DNA of 64,000 nucleotides. Origin: Macrostomum lignano. Its lineage: Eukaryota. The stretch covers positions 1 through 64,000 of the forward strand of contig NIVC01003097.1 in assembly GCA_002269645.1 (NCBI GenBank), given 5' to 3'. A program made the position numbers and the translations under genes. The notes beneath the pieces were generated by a model. That model made no database searches and was not told the origin of the DNA. It worked only from the letters and a program-made list of their open reading frames with translations. Positions 1 to 14,166 of this stretch are shown here, in pieces (the stretch's first letter is position 1; each line of letters opens with the position of its first letter).

Positions 1-200
1 AATTCAGCCCGATTTGACAGAGAGGAAACTGAGGCCGTGTACTCAGGGACTGGAGTTCTTTTTAGCCCCCAAGAATTGAAATTGCTATTCAACTTTCATT
101 CTGGCTTAATATTCACGCTTCATCAGGTCTTCATCAGGCTGATGCCGCTGCAGAGATGCTGGTGTTCATTTTCCGCCAAAAACTCTCACTAGCCTCCCTT

Positions 201-632
201 GGGAGAGAGGAGAGGAGAGGAAGAGGAGAGATGAAGAGAGAGACAGGGGGGAGGAGAAGAGAGAGAAGAGAGAGAGGAGGAGAGAGAGAGGGAGGGAGAG
301 AGGAGAGAGGGAGAGGAGGAGAGAGAAGGGAGGGAGAGAGAGGAGAGAGGAGAGAGGAGAGAGGAGAGGAGGAAGAGAGAGAGAGGAGGGAGAAGAGAGG
401 AGGAGGAGGAGGAGAGAGAGAGAGAAGAGAGGAGGAGAGAAGAGAGAGAAGAGAGGAGAGAGGAGAGAGAGGAGAGAGGAGGGGAGAGATGAGAGAGGAG
501 AGGAGAGAGGAGAAGAGAGGAGAGAGGAGGGAGGAGAGAGAGAGAGTGTAGGAGAGAGTAGAGGGAGGGGAGGGAGGAGAATTGAGAGAGGAGAGGAGAG
601 AGGAGAAGAGAGGAGAGAGGAGAGAGGGAGGG
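201..632. repeat. Polypurine (GA/GGAGA) low-complexity tract
   Basis: Almost exclusively A and G on the + strand. Confidence 0.9.
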
Positions 633-2293
633 ACGAGACTGCAGCATACTCATACACGGCACGTGAAGCTGCAATGCTATCTGCATCCTTATTGACATCT
701 CAGCAAAATCGCTGCTGCCCAATAATGATGATCCTTGCAACTTTGAGGGCGCCCCCCCCCCCCCGAGTCAGGAGCTCTTTGATTCGCAATTCTCCTGTGC
801 CGAGTAGTCACTCCCTATACAGCTTCTGTCTCTGCAGATGCCGCCACCTAAGCCACACTGTTGCATCACCCCCCTGCGCCTCTTTTATATTTATACTGTG
901 CCTCATTTTTGCTTGCTCAGGCCTACTGGCCTATGCTAAAGATGGGCAAAAAAGCCACGGCAAAAAAGAAGAGAATTGAAATGAAAAGAGGAAGAAGTTC
1001 AATCTTTGACCTCTTTCCCTCCTGGCTTCAGTCCTGTTCCTTTTCTTGCCTTTCGATTACAGTTTCTCAGTACGCGAGGCCGCCAAGGGCTTCAACTGGG
1101 TTCAGTCAGTTTTTCGTTCTTTTTTTTAATTTCCATAATTGGCCAACCGAAATTCTCTCCTCAGAATATTTATAAAAGCGTATTTCTGTGGCCTTCTAAC
1201 TCCCCACCATGTGGTAGCCGCTCTGCAGAATAGTAAATAATTGGCTAAGGGTCTCTGATCCTCCCCCCCCCCCACAAATTTGAGCAGCCATCGATCGAAT
1301 GGGGAGTAGCGGGGTACCGATGCGTGAGCTGAGCAGTTTATTGAGCTCGAAGCCTGACCACCGAGCTGACTACAACTACTCGAAGTTGCGTCACGCACAG
1401 CAGCTACTGTTTTTGGCTTGGACCTCAACCATAATGGTATTTTTCAATTCGTTTTGCCGCGCGGACACTTTGCATAAGAAGCTTTTCCTTGTTCCTATAC
1501 GCGGGCATCTGGTAAAACTCAGTCCAACATTTCACTCACTCTCTCTCTCCCTCTGTGTGTTTTTCTAACGGCCTCCTGCAGATCCCCATGAGAGAGCGAT
1601 GGGTGATTATCTGCTCGTAGTTTTTATCCCTTTACTCATGCTACTCAGTCAGTCAGTCAGCCATCCCCGGCCGGGGCTTCAACCGCTTCAGATAAGGCTA
1701 CTAAAAAGGGCCGGGGACACACTCCGCAGTTACGCAATCAATTAAAAAAACTTATTAGTTTTGACGCTATAAATCAATTTTAATATAGGTGTTTGTTGAC
1801 ATACCCTCGATATCTGTGATGGCTAATTTATTGGTCGAATATTGATAAGAATTTCTTGCAATATCACTAGAAATTTTTGAGAAGCAGAAGCTAAAAGTTG
1901 ACCCCAGATTCCGGTATAGGTGAATTTCTAATGGATCCTTGATGACGCATTGATCTGGGGTGGACGACAATAACTAGCATACACACTAACAATTAACCAT
2001 CTGAGAAATGGAGGCTCTCTGTGGCTTCTCCACTTCAGGTTCAACAAAAGGTTTGATGCTGGCTCTGCCGGAAGCTGACAAAAGCTGCTGGTCGATGGTT
2101 GACGCTGGAGTCGGAATAGAGCCAGGGGGGATCTTAGAAGATGAGCTTGGGAGCCTGAGTGGCTAACCTATGGATTGAGAAGTCAATTGCATTGTCCGGC
2201 CTGGCAACTAGATTTTATAGATTATGAATCAGTAAATAATTACTGCCTGACCCATACGTCAATAGGCCTATTATAGTCTGTAATTGTAGCCCC

Positions 2294-2670
2294 TAGCCCA
2301 GTCAAAGCTGGCATTAGCCCACAGCCCAGTCAAAGCTGGCATTAGCCCACAGCCCAGTCAAAGCTGGCATTAGCCCACAGCCCAGTCAAAGCTGGCATTA
2401 GCCCACAGCCCAGTCAAAGCTGGCATTAGCCCACAGCCTAGTCAAAGCTGGCATTAGCCCACAGCCCAGTCAAAGCTGGCATTAGCCCACAGCCCAGTCA
2501 AAGCTGGCATTAGCCCACAGCCCAGTCAAAGCTGGCATTAGCCCACAGCCCAGTCAAAGCTGGCATTAGCCCAGTCTAGCTGGCATTAGCCCAGCCTAAG
2601 CTGGCATCAGCCCAGTCTAAGCTGGCATTAGCCCAGTCTAAGCTGGCATTAGCCCAGTCTAGCTGGCATC
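2294..2670. repeat. 28-bp minisatellite (AGCCCACAGCCCAGTCAAAGCTGGCATT)n decaying to ~20-bp units
   Basis: Direct inspection. Confidence 0.95.
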
Positions 2671-2713
2671 ATCCCACGCCGCTTCTCAAGCCCACTTAAC
2701 TTAATCCTTTCAG

Positions 2714-2927
2714 GTGTACATCATCGTCAAAGACGTCAACGACTCTCCACCGGTTGTGTCAGCCAGCACTCTTGAGGTGCAGCTGCCAGATGACGAGGCC
2801 GACGCCGACTCCAGCTGGCCGATCCCGCTGGCTCAGGCCGCGGCCAGCGACCCGGACGACGAGGACTCGCTGAAGTGGCGCACTGTGGGAGACAGCTGGC
2901 CAGAGGTGGCGGTGCAGGAGCGGACAG
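2714..2927 (+). CDS. fat4: Fat4-like cadherin, internal exon A (upstream exons lie outside the window)
   Basis: Acceptor cctttcag|GTG and donor ACAG|gtgaga. Encodes VYIIVKDVNDSPP...AAASDPDDEDSL (cadherin DxNDxxP and AxDxD motifs). Ends in phase 1, matching the next exon. Confidence 0.85.
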
Positions 2928-3002
2928 GTGAGAGAAGAAATTGGTCATCTAATCTGTCATTTTTTATCCTTCGCTAATGCTTGTGCGTCTCCGTGTGTGC
3001 GC

Positions 3003-3372
3003 TCTTATCTGTATGGACTTGCGCGCTTATGTACGGACTTGCGCGCTTATATATGGACTTGCGCGCTTATGTATGGACTTGCGCGCTTATGTATGGACTT
3101 GCGCGCTTATGTATGGACTTGCGCGCTTATGTATGGACTTGCGCGCTTATGTATGGACTTGCGCGCTTATGTATGGACTTGCGCGCTTATGTATGGACTT
3201 GCGCGCTTATGTATGGACTTGCGCGCTTATGTATGGACTTGCGCGCTTATGTATGGACTTGCGCGCTTATGTATGGACTTGCGCGCTTATGTATGGACTT
3301 GCGCGCTTATGTATGGACTTGCGCGCTTATGTATGGACTTGCGCGCTTATGTATGGACTTGCGCGCTTATGC
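3003..3372. repeat. 20-bp minisatellite (GCGCGCTTATGTATGGACTT)n
   Basis: About 18 near-identical units. Confidence 0.95.
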
Positions 3373-4494
3373 TAGTATTCCTCGGTAGAGAGTTGCGTGC
3401 CTATCCCAAAGCGCGCTTATGCCAGTGTGCGCCTGAGTCGGTGAAGGCTTAAACGTATTCTAAATGCGCGCTTATATTTCTACTCGCGTTGAAAACCAGC
3501 AAAACGGCATTGAAATGGTTGTTTTAAAAAATCGAGTATAAAGCTTGATAGTTTCCAGTACCGATGGCCTTATCCCGCACAGACCCCCTCTTGACCTCTC
3601 GACACGCGACAGAGCCTCGTGAAATTCTACATTGAATAATAGTTCCACAATAAGTTGAGAAATACCAGCTCGCAGCCGGGGTGAAAAAAGCAGAGCAAAA
3701 AATATGAAAAAAACAGTTTTGTTTCCTCTCTCAGCCAGCCCCTCCCAGATGTCACGCCTCCACACCACTCCGTCCCTGTTCTGTCTCTTAAACAGAGGCC
3801 TAGCCCTAACCTAAACCCAGGCCAGGCCGTTTTAATACGCAAGTTCTTGTTTGGCAAAGTTTTCTACTCACTATGGGCTTAACTAAAAGCGGCGCAGGAA
3901 CAATGCCCACCCCCTCACACCCGCAGCTCCTCTCTTGTGTGGAGAAGAGCTTAGGACTTGGGAGGGTAGGGAGGGAGACGGGGGGTAGTTAGAGACTGGA
4001 GTGTTGGCGACTCCGCCCACTTCCATAGCTCCCGGTTCCTCATTATTTGGTGCAGATGGGGTAACTTTTTTCGTTACTACACTTGAATGGCCCCGCGGCT
4101 CCATTCTCCATTGTGCAGCCTGCGCCGGAGTCCTCCCGGATGCAGTGTTTTTCAGGACCAGAGGGTAGTGGCGCACAGTTTTGCATCCGCGACGCTTTCT
4201 ACTCTGAAACTTGGAATCTTCCCCTTTGCAGCATCCCCCCAAACCCGAGGAGAGGAGGCGAGAGAGAACGGAAGCGAGCAAAACTGGCATAACACTCTTT
4301 GGGGATATGCACTCTTTGCTGCTGTCAATAAGTGTTGAGCCCTGCCCATCTGCTTCTCTATTTTTGAGAGCTGAGTAAACCCGTTGGTCTGGTGCGATTC
4401 AACCTACATTACTAGTTTAGCCGTATTAAAATACCATTTTTGCACTATGAGGCCTTCTGTCAGATGGGATCATTTTGATCATTAGTTCAATCTG

Positions 4495-4600
4495 GGCATG
4501 AGTTCATATTGATCATTGGACCAATGGTCATGAGTTCATATTGATTATTGGACCAATCTGGTCATGAGTTCATATTGGTCATTGGACCAATCTGGTCGTA
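4495..4600. repeat. Short ~34-bp tandem repeat (GAGTTCATATTGATCATTGGACCAATCTGGTCAT)
   Basis: About 3 imperfect copies. Confidence 0.8.
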
Positions 4601-4671
4601 AAATCAATTCGATCATCTACTGAAAATTCGCTCCCTAGCAACCAGCGCAAATGCCGTCACCTCTTCTGCAG

Positions 4672-5205
4672 GCCTCCTGACTTTGGTGTCCAGGCCGCCA
4701 GCGGATGCCGCCCAGTCTCGGCCGCAGCTGCAGCTGGAGGTCTCGGACTCGCTTCGCCACGTTGACCGGGTCCTTGTCCGTTTTCTCGACTCGTCGTCTC
4801 AGCGCCGGCGTCGACGACCGACCTTCCAGACCGCAAACTCAACTACGCCGAGTTTCAGCATCACGGAAGGCGCTCCGCCTGGCAGTCTGGTTGGCCGTCT
4901 GGCCACCGTAGAGGCCGCCAGCTTCCGCCTGTTGATGCCGATCGGGGCACCGTTCGACCTAGATTCGCGATGGGGCATCCTGCGCACCAGGGCTCGACTC
5001 GACTACGAGACTCGAACTCATTACCTGTTGGTTGCCGTGGCAACCGATTCGGAAAGCGGTCTGACGTCAACAACGGAATTTGTTGTCAACGTGCTGGACG
5101 AGAATGACAACCAGCCGCAGTGCCGATTGGCCGCCTTCGAGGCTACCGTGGCAGCGCCGGGACAAGCTGACGATGTCCTGCTGACTGTGCAGGCCGATGA
5201 TGCAG
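4672..5205 (+). CDS. fat4: Fat4-like cadherin, exon B
   Basis: Acceptor cttctgcag|GC and donor GCAG|gtgaga, phase 1-1. Contains LDYE, AVATD and VLDENDNQP cadherin motifs. The junction reads ERTG-LLTL. Confidence 0.9.
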
Positions 5206-5549
5206 GTGAGAGGAGTCTGCAGATGCAGCGTAGCGTGGTGCGGAATTATAAGCCTTAAGCAACGATACGGTAGATTGTAGATAGTAGAGAGTAAACTGCA
5301 GGCAGCAGTAGGATAGACTGTAGACCGTAGATAAAAGACCATAGACTAGACAGAATCAACTAGGGAAGGGTAGATTGTAGGCAGTAGAGAGTAGGGTGTA
5401 GACAGTAGCTAGACAGTCGAGGAGAGGCCTAGAATTTCAACATTCGATGAAGGAATGTAGATAGTGGAAGGTAGAATATCTACTCGTACCTTCTATTATC
5501 TGCCCTACACTCTATGCAGTGTCTGCTATGCACTCTCCTACAGTGGAGA

Positions 5550-5705
5550 CAGTAGGGTAAACTGTAGATAGTAGGGTAGACTGTAGACAGTAGGGTAGAC
5601 TGTAGACTTTAGGGTAGACTGTAGACTTTAGGGTAGACTGTAGACAGTAGGGTAGACTGTAGACAGTAGAGTAAACTGTAGACGGTAGGGTATACTTTAG
5701 TCAGT
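5550..5705. repeat. 19-bp minisatellite (GTAGACAGTAGGGTAGACT)n with a degenerate 5' extension
   Basis: Direct inspection. Confidence 0.85.
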
Positions 5706-8700
5706 AGGTTCGGCTTTTGACATAGACTATCGCGTAGACAGAATATCTCGATCAATTTACATTTTTCAAATCAGTCTATAGTGTATCGACATGGCTTGAA
5801 GCGTATTCAAATGCGATAATGGACTCAAATGTAACAATAGGCGTGACAGTTTTCCATTCTACTGAGCACCGATGGCTATATTGTTGGAAAGTGAGTGTCT
5901 CAGGGCCTGTCTCGGAGGCCCAGCCAGTTAATTAGCTTCCTGTGGCCAGGCGCCCCTCCGCTGTTTACGCAAGCGTTTAACCCCCACCCACCTCCCCCAT
6001 TCGGCCTATTGTTGTTAAGCCACCTGAGCGAATCGGTTGCCAAGCTATATTCCGCTGCTCCGCGGGGAATACGGTATAACGCAAGCGAACGATTATTGAA
6101 GTATTAAATATAGGCAGAGACGGAAACTGAGGTGCCACGGGTTCCACGCTTCTCGCGGTTGCGTCACCCCAGCTCGCCATTCAGCCGGCGCTAAAGGCGC
6201 CAGATTGAAGATACGAAAAAACACAGGGCAGAAGACACACGCGAAAGAAAGATGAGAACAGGAGGAGAAAAAAAGGGAAGGCTTAGGCTCGGGTTGCTCT
6301 CCTCAACTCAAGACGGCTCAAACATCGATTTCATTATTCGCCTCTTCCCATCTCTAGAAGCCAGAGCTATATCTTATAGATGTTTGGGGGAATATAACAA
6401 AACTCGCGCAGTTTCAAATTGCAACAAGCTCGAAGCGAAATCCGATATCGGCTTGTCAACTTTTTTTCGTCGAATTCGAGGCATTAGTCATTCGAAGTTG
6501 CTGATTTTTTGTTAGTTTTTGTTCCAGCCTTACAGATGCTCAAGATGATGACGGATGCTGCAGAATGCCCCGGCCAATTGCTAAGCAACAATCTTTTCCA
6601 GCAATCTATAGTTTATATTCGTCTTTTAGATAAACCTTCTTAGAATTTGACCACTTTGCCGACGTCTTGGTTACTGGGGAGGGAGTTTCTAGATTCTAAA
6701 AGACAGAATCCTTGACCACTTCTAATCTTATCTAGGTCTAAGCAAGGTCTGTAGGGGGGGGGGGGGGGAAACCGACCCCTTTACTACTGTAAATATTTCC
6801 CTGCAGATGCCAGTGTAAGCTCGTGAATGAGAGACTCCAGCATCCTACTAGCATCGCATGCATTTACTACAGTATGTCGCAGCAGAAAACCTTCGCACAG
6901 CTTGCGGTCCAGAATGTGTATAATAATCGTAACGCTCTCGGGCCATCATCAGTCGTTGAGGTGAAGTGGCAATTATGAGATGGAGAATGCTAGTATGGCA
7001 TGGAATAGCAATATAGTGACTAGCTTATATGAAGTCTTGACAAAATTTTAATTCAACTGACCAGAGTCTGTCTGTCTGGCTGAATGGAACACTTTGACAA
7101 GTGACAGAGTTAGCGTTTGCGAGAATAGAGTTCCAGAAACCTACACGCGTGTAGGGAAGGACCAAGTGTGGAGGCTGGGGTAGGGAGCGCCACTTAGACA
7201 GTAGTTAATCGCCCACACTGACACACTGAGTGCTTTTAAATGGCAGGGTTTTTACCTTAATATGGCAGATGGTGGGTATTTTTTAAAGCTGGTTCTATCT
7301 TATCAGCTGTAACATGTGGTGGGTCTGTTTTCGCTAAGCTTGCAATTTATTGTTTTTCATTTGACCCAAAAAACTATAATATATTTTGAAGCGAAGCTTG
7401 TTACAAATATTTTTTGACTTTAAAACCAAAACACTGGATTAGCAAGCGGCAGGTGAATATTTGTGTTTGAAAGAAAAACCTTGCATGTCAAACAAAGACG
7501 CAAAAAATTAATCAGTTAAATTTATGACTAATAAATTAATAATAATATATCGGTGCCATTCGACAGTGGCGTCTCAATTCTGGGCCTATTCGAAACGAAT
7601 AGGACACCGAAAAGCCATCTGGACTGAGTCGGGTAATCCTTGTTGAATGTGAAACGCTTAAATATATAAAGACGGGTGCCGTATATTGTCAATATTGAAA
7701 ATTGCATGGGAAACTTAAGGTTTCATTGGCAGCTGGGGATAATTTTCCAGGTAGCCATAAAACAAATATTTCCCTTACGGCACAAGATACGAGTAATATC
7801 TATATCCCACGATAAAGAGATTGGAATATTCAAACCTCAATTCGATAAACTGGTTGGCAGATCTATGTTTCCAGCGCACCTCAAAGCTTGCTGTTATTGT
7901 AACGAATTAGTCCAGAGAAATAAAAACACCCATTGCAAAAAGAGAAAATTGGATTTTAGGTGAGGGACGCCTAGCGGTGTGGGCAAATAATTCATGAGCT
8001 CATTGCACTCAACTGAGCCCCCAGAGGGTATACCCCGCCGCGAGTTCAAGGCCTAGAATAGCACAGCACACCGCTGTGAAGGTTTCTGAGTCACTCTGCT
8101 CAACGCTATCGCTTTATAAAACTTACTGGGGAGTGAGCAGTGTGCTCAATGCTAAACATTTCCCCACAGCTGCATGTCCCGCTTATAGCGTCTTGTCTTT
8201 CTTTCCACGTTTAAATTCAACTGGCTTTCCTCAAAATTGAGGCATCGATATTTCACAATACTGAGAGAACTAATGAAATATTCATTGAGAAAGGAAAAGT
8301 AATTCAAGTTGGTTTCCTGCGGAATTGAAATAGAAAGGAAGAAAGAGTGGGGAGCCTGCCCAGAATGCCCAAAAGGATGCCGCGAAGTGAGTCACACCAG
8401 TGACCAGTTCCTCAGACGGCTTTGTCACCGCATTAGGAGGCTGCCGGTTGTCCCTCTTTCAATTCAGATACTCTGGTAGAGGCCGGCTTGTCAAGGCTTG
8501 GGTTCAGATCAACAATTGACTACACTGGGCGGCTTTCACATGACAAATGACTAGTGCCTCGTGATTATGTTGGTTGAAATGAAATACGACCGCTAGCTAA
8601 CCAATGCATCAGTAATGCTTGTTGGCCTGGTCTGCTCTTGATAGGCACTGAACCTCGCTGTGCTCATTGTCTTTGTTTTTATATAGGCATTATCCCGTAT

Positions 8701-10059
8701 ATTCCCAATATCCTCCCTAGAGTGCGTTGTATTGCATAGAAATTGAAATTCATTAGCAAAGCAATATATTAACCTGGCCACATTGCTTAATGCCTGTCAT
8801 CAGACGGCTTACGATTACGACACAGGCGATAATTCGAAAACATCTCTCATGCTTTCTTCGTTCGTTTGTGTCGGTTACGAAAGCGAAATTTTCTACCCAC
8901 AGAATAAATTAGGTAGAAAAAAAGCAAAATCCATAGAAAGCATGAAATTGCGTTCCTGCGCGAATGGTTGGATGGCTTTGGCTTCTATGTTAAATCTCCA
9001 CAGTCTCCACACTTATAGTTTATTTGTCTTTTGCATTGATGCAACTATTTTTCTGTTCTAATAAGGCTTCAGTTTGTGGGCCCAACCAGTCCAACAAAAA
9101 AACTGTTGGAGAATAAAAACGGCCTGGGCCCCATGTTTGGGGCAGAGCCACAAGTGAATAGAAACTGTAGCTGATAGGATGGAGTTGACTCGAGATCTTC
9201 AAGGTCGAGTGCTTTCTGGTGCTACTCATTCAGGTGTGACGAAGGGCAAGTCAAAGTTAATGACTGAGACAAAAAAGCTTGAGATTTCCAGCTTCATCGT
9301 GGCACGGCATTCAGTTCATAAATGTCTGCTCGCTCTTTCTCGAAGTGTTACGTCATCATCTCGTTGAGAACTAACGCAAATCATGATTCAAAGCCAGCCA
9401 ACCAGTTGCAATCGGTTGTTTCGTGACAACTTTTTCTGCTGTTAGACATTTCTCCCCTCCACTCTCCTGAGGGCTAAAAATGGTGCTCCGTATTTAATCA
9501 CTGGCGTAGCATTGCGGTGCGTGATAGCTGTGCCTCACTAGCTCAACCATCCGATCCGACATCTGCTAGCTCGGGGAGGCGGTGGCAGAGGAAGAAACAA
9601 AGGCCAAAAACCGGGGGATATCGGGAAAATAGAGAGAAATCTCATCTTTTTCATAGATTTCTTTCCCTATGTTATTCGGACGGGGTCGCTGGGATCAGAT
9701 CCCCAAAGGAAATGGGCTGAGCTGGGCAGTCGATTGCATAATCCCCGGGTCTGCTTGCGTGGAGAAAGCGGGAGGGCGAAAGAGTATAGAGTTGCTTTGT
9801 TTTGAGCACAACTGCGACTGCGGCAGCAGCAGTGCGGCTTGGTGGGCTTGGTTTATTAAAACTGGTCAATATTTGATGTAGCACTGCCGCTTCGCTTCTC
9901 AATTTCTGAAGTCTAAATCTGGGTGAGGAATGAGTAGCTGGTTTGGCTGCTTCAGCAGTTTTTTCTGATTGCTGCTGCTTCAGTTTCTAAGAAAAAAGTC
10001 ATAAATTACTCGTAAATTGAATAAATGAGTTGAGCAGCTATAGCAACAGTTGGGAAGCT

Positions 10060-11442
10060 GCAGCATCATCTTGGAAACTTCAGAATCAGCTTGGAAACTT
10101 CAGAATCATCTTGGAACCTTCAGAATCATCTTGGAACCTTCAGAATCATCTTGGAACCTTCAGAATCAGCTTGGAAACTTCAGAATCATCTTGGAAACTT
10201 CAGAATCATCTTGGAAACTTCAGAATCATCTTGGAAACTTCAGAATCATCTTGGAAACTTCAGAATCAACTCAATTAGGAAGATACAGAATCAATAAGGA
10301 AGAGAACGAATCAATTAGGAAGATACAGAATCAATTAGGAAGATACAAAATCAGTTAGGAAGATACAGACTTAATTAGGAAGATACAGAATCAATTAGGA
10401 AGATACAGACTCAATTAGGAAGATACAGAATCAATTAGGAAGAGACAGACTCAATTAGGAATAGACAGACTCAGTTAGGAATAGACAGACTCAGTTAAGA
10501 AGAGACAGACTCAATTAGGAAGATACAGAATCAATTAGGAAGAGACAGACTCAATTAGGAATAGACAGACTCAGTTAGGAATAGACAGACTCAGTTAAGA
10601 AGAGACAGACTCAATTAGGAAGATACAGACTCAATTAGGAAGATACAGAATCAATAAGGAAGAGAACGACTCAATTAGGAAGATACAGACTCAATTAGGA
10701 AGATACAGAATCAATTAGGAAGATACAGAATCAATTAGGAAGAGACAGACTCAATTAGGAATAGACAGACTCAGTTAGGAATAGACAGACTCAGTTAAGA
10801 AGAGACAGACTCAATTAGGAAGATACAGAATCAATTAGGAAGATACAGAATCAATTAGGAAGATACAGAACCAATTATGAGGATACAGACTCAATTAGGA
10901 AGATACAGAATCAATTAGGAAGATGCAGAATCAATTAGGAAGATACAGACTCAATTAGGAAGATACAGACTCAATTAGGAAGATACAGAATCAATTAGGA
11001 AGATACAGAATCAATTAGGAAGATACAGACTCAATTAGGAAGATACAGACTCAATTAGGAAGATACAGAATCAATTAGGAAGATACAGACTCAATTAGGA
11101 AGATACAGAATCAATTAGGAAGATACAGACTCAATTAGGAAGATACAGAATCAATTAGGAAGAGACAGAATCAATTAGGAAGATACAGAATCAATTAGGA
11201 AGATACAGAATCAATTAGGAAGATACAGAATCAATTAGGAAGATACAGAATCAATTAGGAAGATACAGACTCAATAAGGAAGATACAGAATCAATTAGGA
11301 AGAGACAGAATCAATTAGGAAGATACAGACTCAATTAGGAAGATACAGAATCAATTAGGAAGATACAGAATCAATTAGGAAGATACAGACTCAATTAGGA
11401 AGATACAGACTCAATTAGGAAGAGACAGAATCAGTTAGGAAA
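10060..11442. repeat. Compound 20-bp satellite: (CAGAATCATCTTGGAAACTT)n switching at ~10268 to (CAGAATCAATTAGGAAGATA)n
   Basis: Direct inspection. Confidence 0.95.
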
Positions 11443-12295
11443 CTTTGCCATCTTGATGCAATGAAAAATTTCCCAAAAACGTAAGAAATTTCCGATAGTT
11501 AAAAAGCGACGCCAAGGTCACATTATGCCTGTCGGGGCAATTATAATCAATGATTATTTTCATCGTTCAAAGTTATGGCAAAGTTATGATATTTTAATGC
11601 CATTTCTATCCACTTAGCTCATAGCCTGGCCCAGACCGTCAGGCGGCGGATTAGGGCAGTCATTAAACACTACCCGATATCAAATAGAAGTTGTAAAATA
11701 GCCATAACGCCGTTCGAAAGCCAATGGACTCAGTCAAGAGTTAATTCTATTATTACTATTATCATTATTATTGCAGCCCAGTAGCCATTTGAAAGCACAA
11801 TGCCGCCCCTAGTTCTTCTATCAACAATTTCTAAACTAAACGGGTTTAGAGTTTCTGAGAAATAGGGAGGTGGCATTGGCATCTCTGCAGTTGCATTTTT
11901 ATTGCCAACTCTTTGGCAGGGAGGGGTTCGACTCCCTGTTTTTTATATTGTACTAGCCACTGCCTGGCAGGTTCAGTGGGGGGGGGGGTTGTGCGCTGTA
12001 AAATGCCCTCTGCGCTGCGCTGCACCATGGGGGGTGGTGGTGGGCTCATTTATTGAGACATGGGTTGTAAACTTGTGAACATAGGCTTATATCTAGCTAC
12101 TTACTGAATTCAAGCCGCTGTGTCTTTTTGCTAATAAAATAAGCTAAGCTAAGCCAAAAAACCTAGCCAGAGAGGTCCTTGGCGTGGTCTTTGGAATTGA
12201 AACATGCTGCTACAAATACGATGAAGTGCATTAGGATCGTGATTTTTTCTGTTATTAAAAAGCACTTGTTTAGAGAAAATAGAGAGGAGAGAACA

Positions 12296-12540
12296 CGGGA
12301 GAAGAGGAGAGACTAGAAGAGAGGAGAGGAGAGGAGAGGAGAGGAGAGGAGAGGAGAGGAGAGGAGAGGAGAGGAGAGGAGAGGAGAGGAGAGGAGAGGA
12401 GAGGAGAGGAGAGGAGAGGAGAGGAGAGGAGAGGAGAGGAGAGGAGAGGAGAGGAGAGGAGAGGAGAGGAGAGGAGGGGAGAGGAGAGGAGAGAGAAGAG
12501 TGAGAAGAGAAGAGGGAGAAGAGAAGAGAGGAGGAGAGAA
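12296..12540. repeat. (GGAGA)n pentanucleotide microsatellite
   Basis: Direct inspection. Confidence 0.95.
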
Positions 12541-13937
12541 TAGAGAAAGTGGCATTAGTAATACATACATTCAGAAAGAAATTGTTCAAGTTAAAAAAAT
12601 TAATGAATTCCAATGTCAGGCACCAGTTCCTATTGATTATTGCTAAACTTACAGTCACAATATTTGACTGAGACTCGGCAGGTGGACAATCTGCAGAATT
12701 TCTGTGCTCAGATAAGCGAAAGACCAAGTGAAGCGAGATTTGAAGGGAGAAAAGAAGTTAATATATGAAAGACTTTTCCAAAAAATTATTTAACGGAATC
12801 GATGAAGGTGAAAGCGGGGCCTGGGCGGAGCCAGAAGCAGAATAGGGAAATTGATTTTGTTCCAAGCAAGAAGAGAAAGCTTTTGTTTAACACGCGCTCA
12901 CTGCAGCCAGGGACTGGAATAATGGGCGCGCTTAGTCAATACCGGACTTGCAAGCCCTCGCCCTCAGCGGTGAAGCGCCCCGGACTTTGATTGACAGCAG
13001 CTCATGCTGGCTGACTGCTCTCCCCCTCCTCCCCCGGATTCAGTAGGTTCCGTGCCCCGGAGAGTCGCACTTTCGCTGGCCAGAAAGACGCGCAGCGCAA
13101 CCTTAAGTCAACGAAGTTTTCCTTGTCAACAGTGTTTTCGCACCTTGCTTCTAAAAGGATTGGCGGGCGTTAGTTACTCGGGGGCGAATCTGGGGTGTTG
13201 GCCCTACTTCATGCGGAGGTGATCAAAGTGGAATACAACCTGAGCTTACTCTGGTCGAAAGTGTGGGAGAAAATTAGGCTGGTATCGATGGGACACCCGC
13301 ACTGTGGGAGATTTTTCTGCGGAGATTCCCCAATTAGCGAGCTTTTATCAGCTTACAGTGGGGTTGTGCACCTTTGCGATAGCCAGATAGTGAGAGACAG
13401 ATTAAATTCCCTTTATACTGTGGTTCCTCTTCTTCTCCATCACTCTCTCTCGCCCTCTCTCTTCAATTGAATATAAAATTAGCGAACTAGTTTCTCCTCT
13501 GACGCCCTTCAGATCCCGTGGGATCTGACAGACAACTGTCATTCAGAATCCCGAGCTCCATCCACACACTTAATACGCAAATATTCCCCAGTGCAATAAA
13601 GCACGCGCATTAGCTTATCGCTTTTAGCAGCAGAAAAAAGGTTTGGGGAGGAGAGGGGATAACGCGACAGCACTAACTCGCGGGTCGCCTAACACCTGGG
13701 CGGGGGATCGAGTGGGGGCAATAATATTTACTTACACAGTGCACTGAATATCCAGGAAAGCAAAGGCATAACACCTGTTCAGGCCATAATTCTCAGTCTC
13801 AGTTCTCTCATCTAATCAATTAACCACGGCAGATCTGTGGCTTGCAGTTCAGTGGCAAATGCGTCTTACTATCGCAGGAGTCCTGATTCGATTTCCTACT
13901 CAACTTGAGGCTTGTGTACCCGAAAATTGTCCAGGGT

Positions 13938-14130
13938 GATTCACACCCACGAGGGCCAACCCCCCAAGGCAACCCCCCAAGGATGCTGTACACCCGGTGT
14001 GAGCTTGTGAATGAGTGCGTGCCTGTGCGCTCTTGTATGTGCTCAGGGGTCAGCGGAACGGGCAGAATTGCCGTCAGCGCTGGTTGTGGGAAGATGTCGC
14101 CGAAGGCGTTGCGCCAGGATTCCCGCAGAG
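13938..14130 (+). mobile_element. Dispersed repeat family X, copy 1 (internally deleted)
   Basis: Aligns to the 33920-34185 copy (GATTCACACC..GAGGGCCAACCCCC, GGGCAGAATTGCC..AGCGCTG.TTGTGGGA). Confidence 0.65.
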
Positions 14131-14166
14131 CTCCTGCATTTTTCTTTTCTTATTTATCACCTGCAG

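Noticed and set aside
1-190. Frame-1 peptide containing FDREE (cadherin DRE-like)
   Set aside because: No other cadherin motifs or convincing splice sites, and it stops near 190.
6530-6640. Possible extra phase-1 Fat4 exon (ttacag|ATGCTCAAGATGATGAC, DAQDDDG)
   Set aside because: It runs into a stop without a cadherin pattern, and exons B and C already join into an intact repeat.
11915-11945. Hairpin CAGGGA-GGGGTTCGAC-TCCCTG followed by a T run (B-box-like); a similar B-box-like motif on the minus strand near 37220
   Set aside because: No matching A box or cloverleaf upstream, so it is too short to call.
13905-14166. 5' extension of ORF 13905-15725 as an N-terminus
   Set aside because: It overlaps a dispersed repeat copy and lies upstream of a strong phase-matching acceptor at 14166, so it is intronic.
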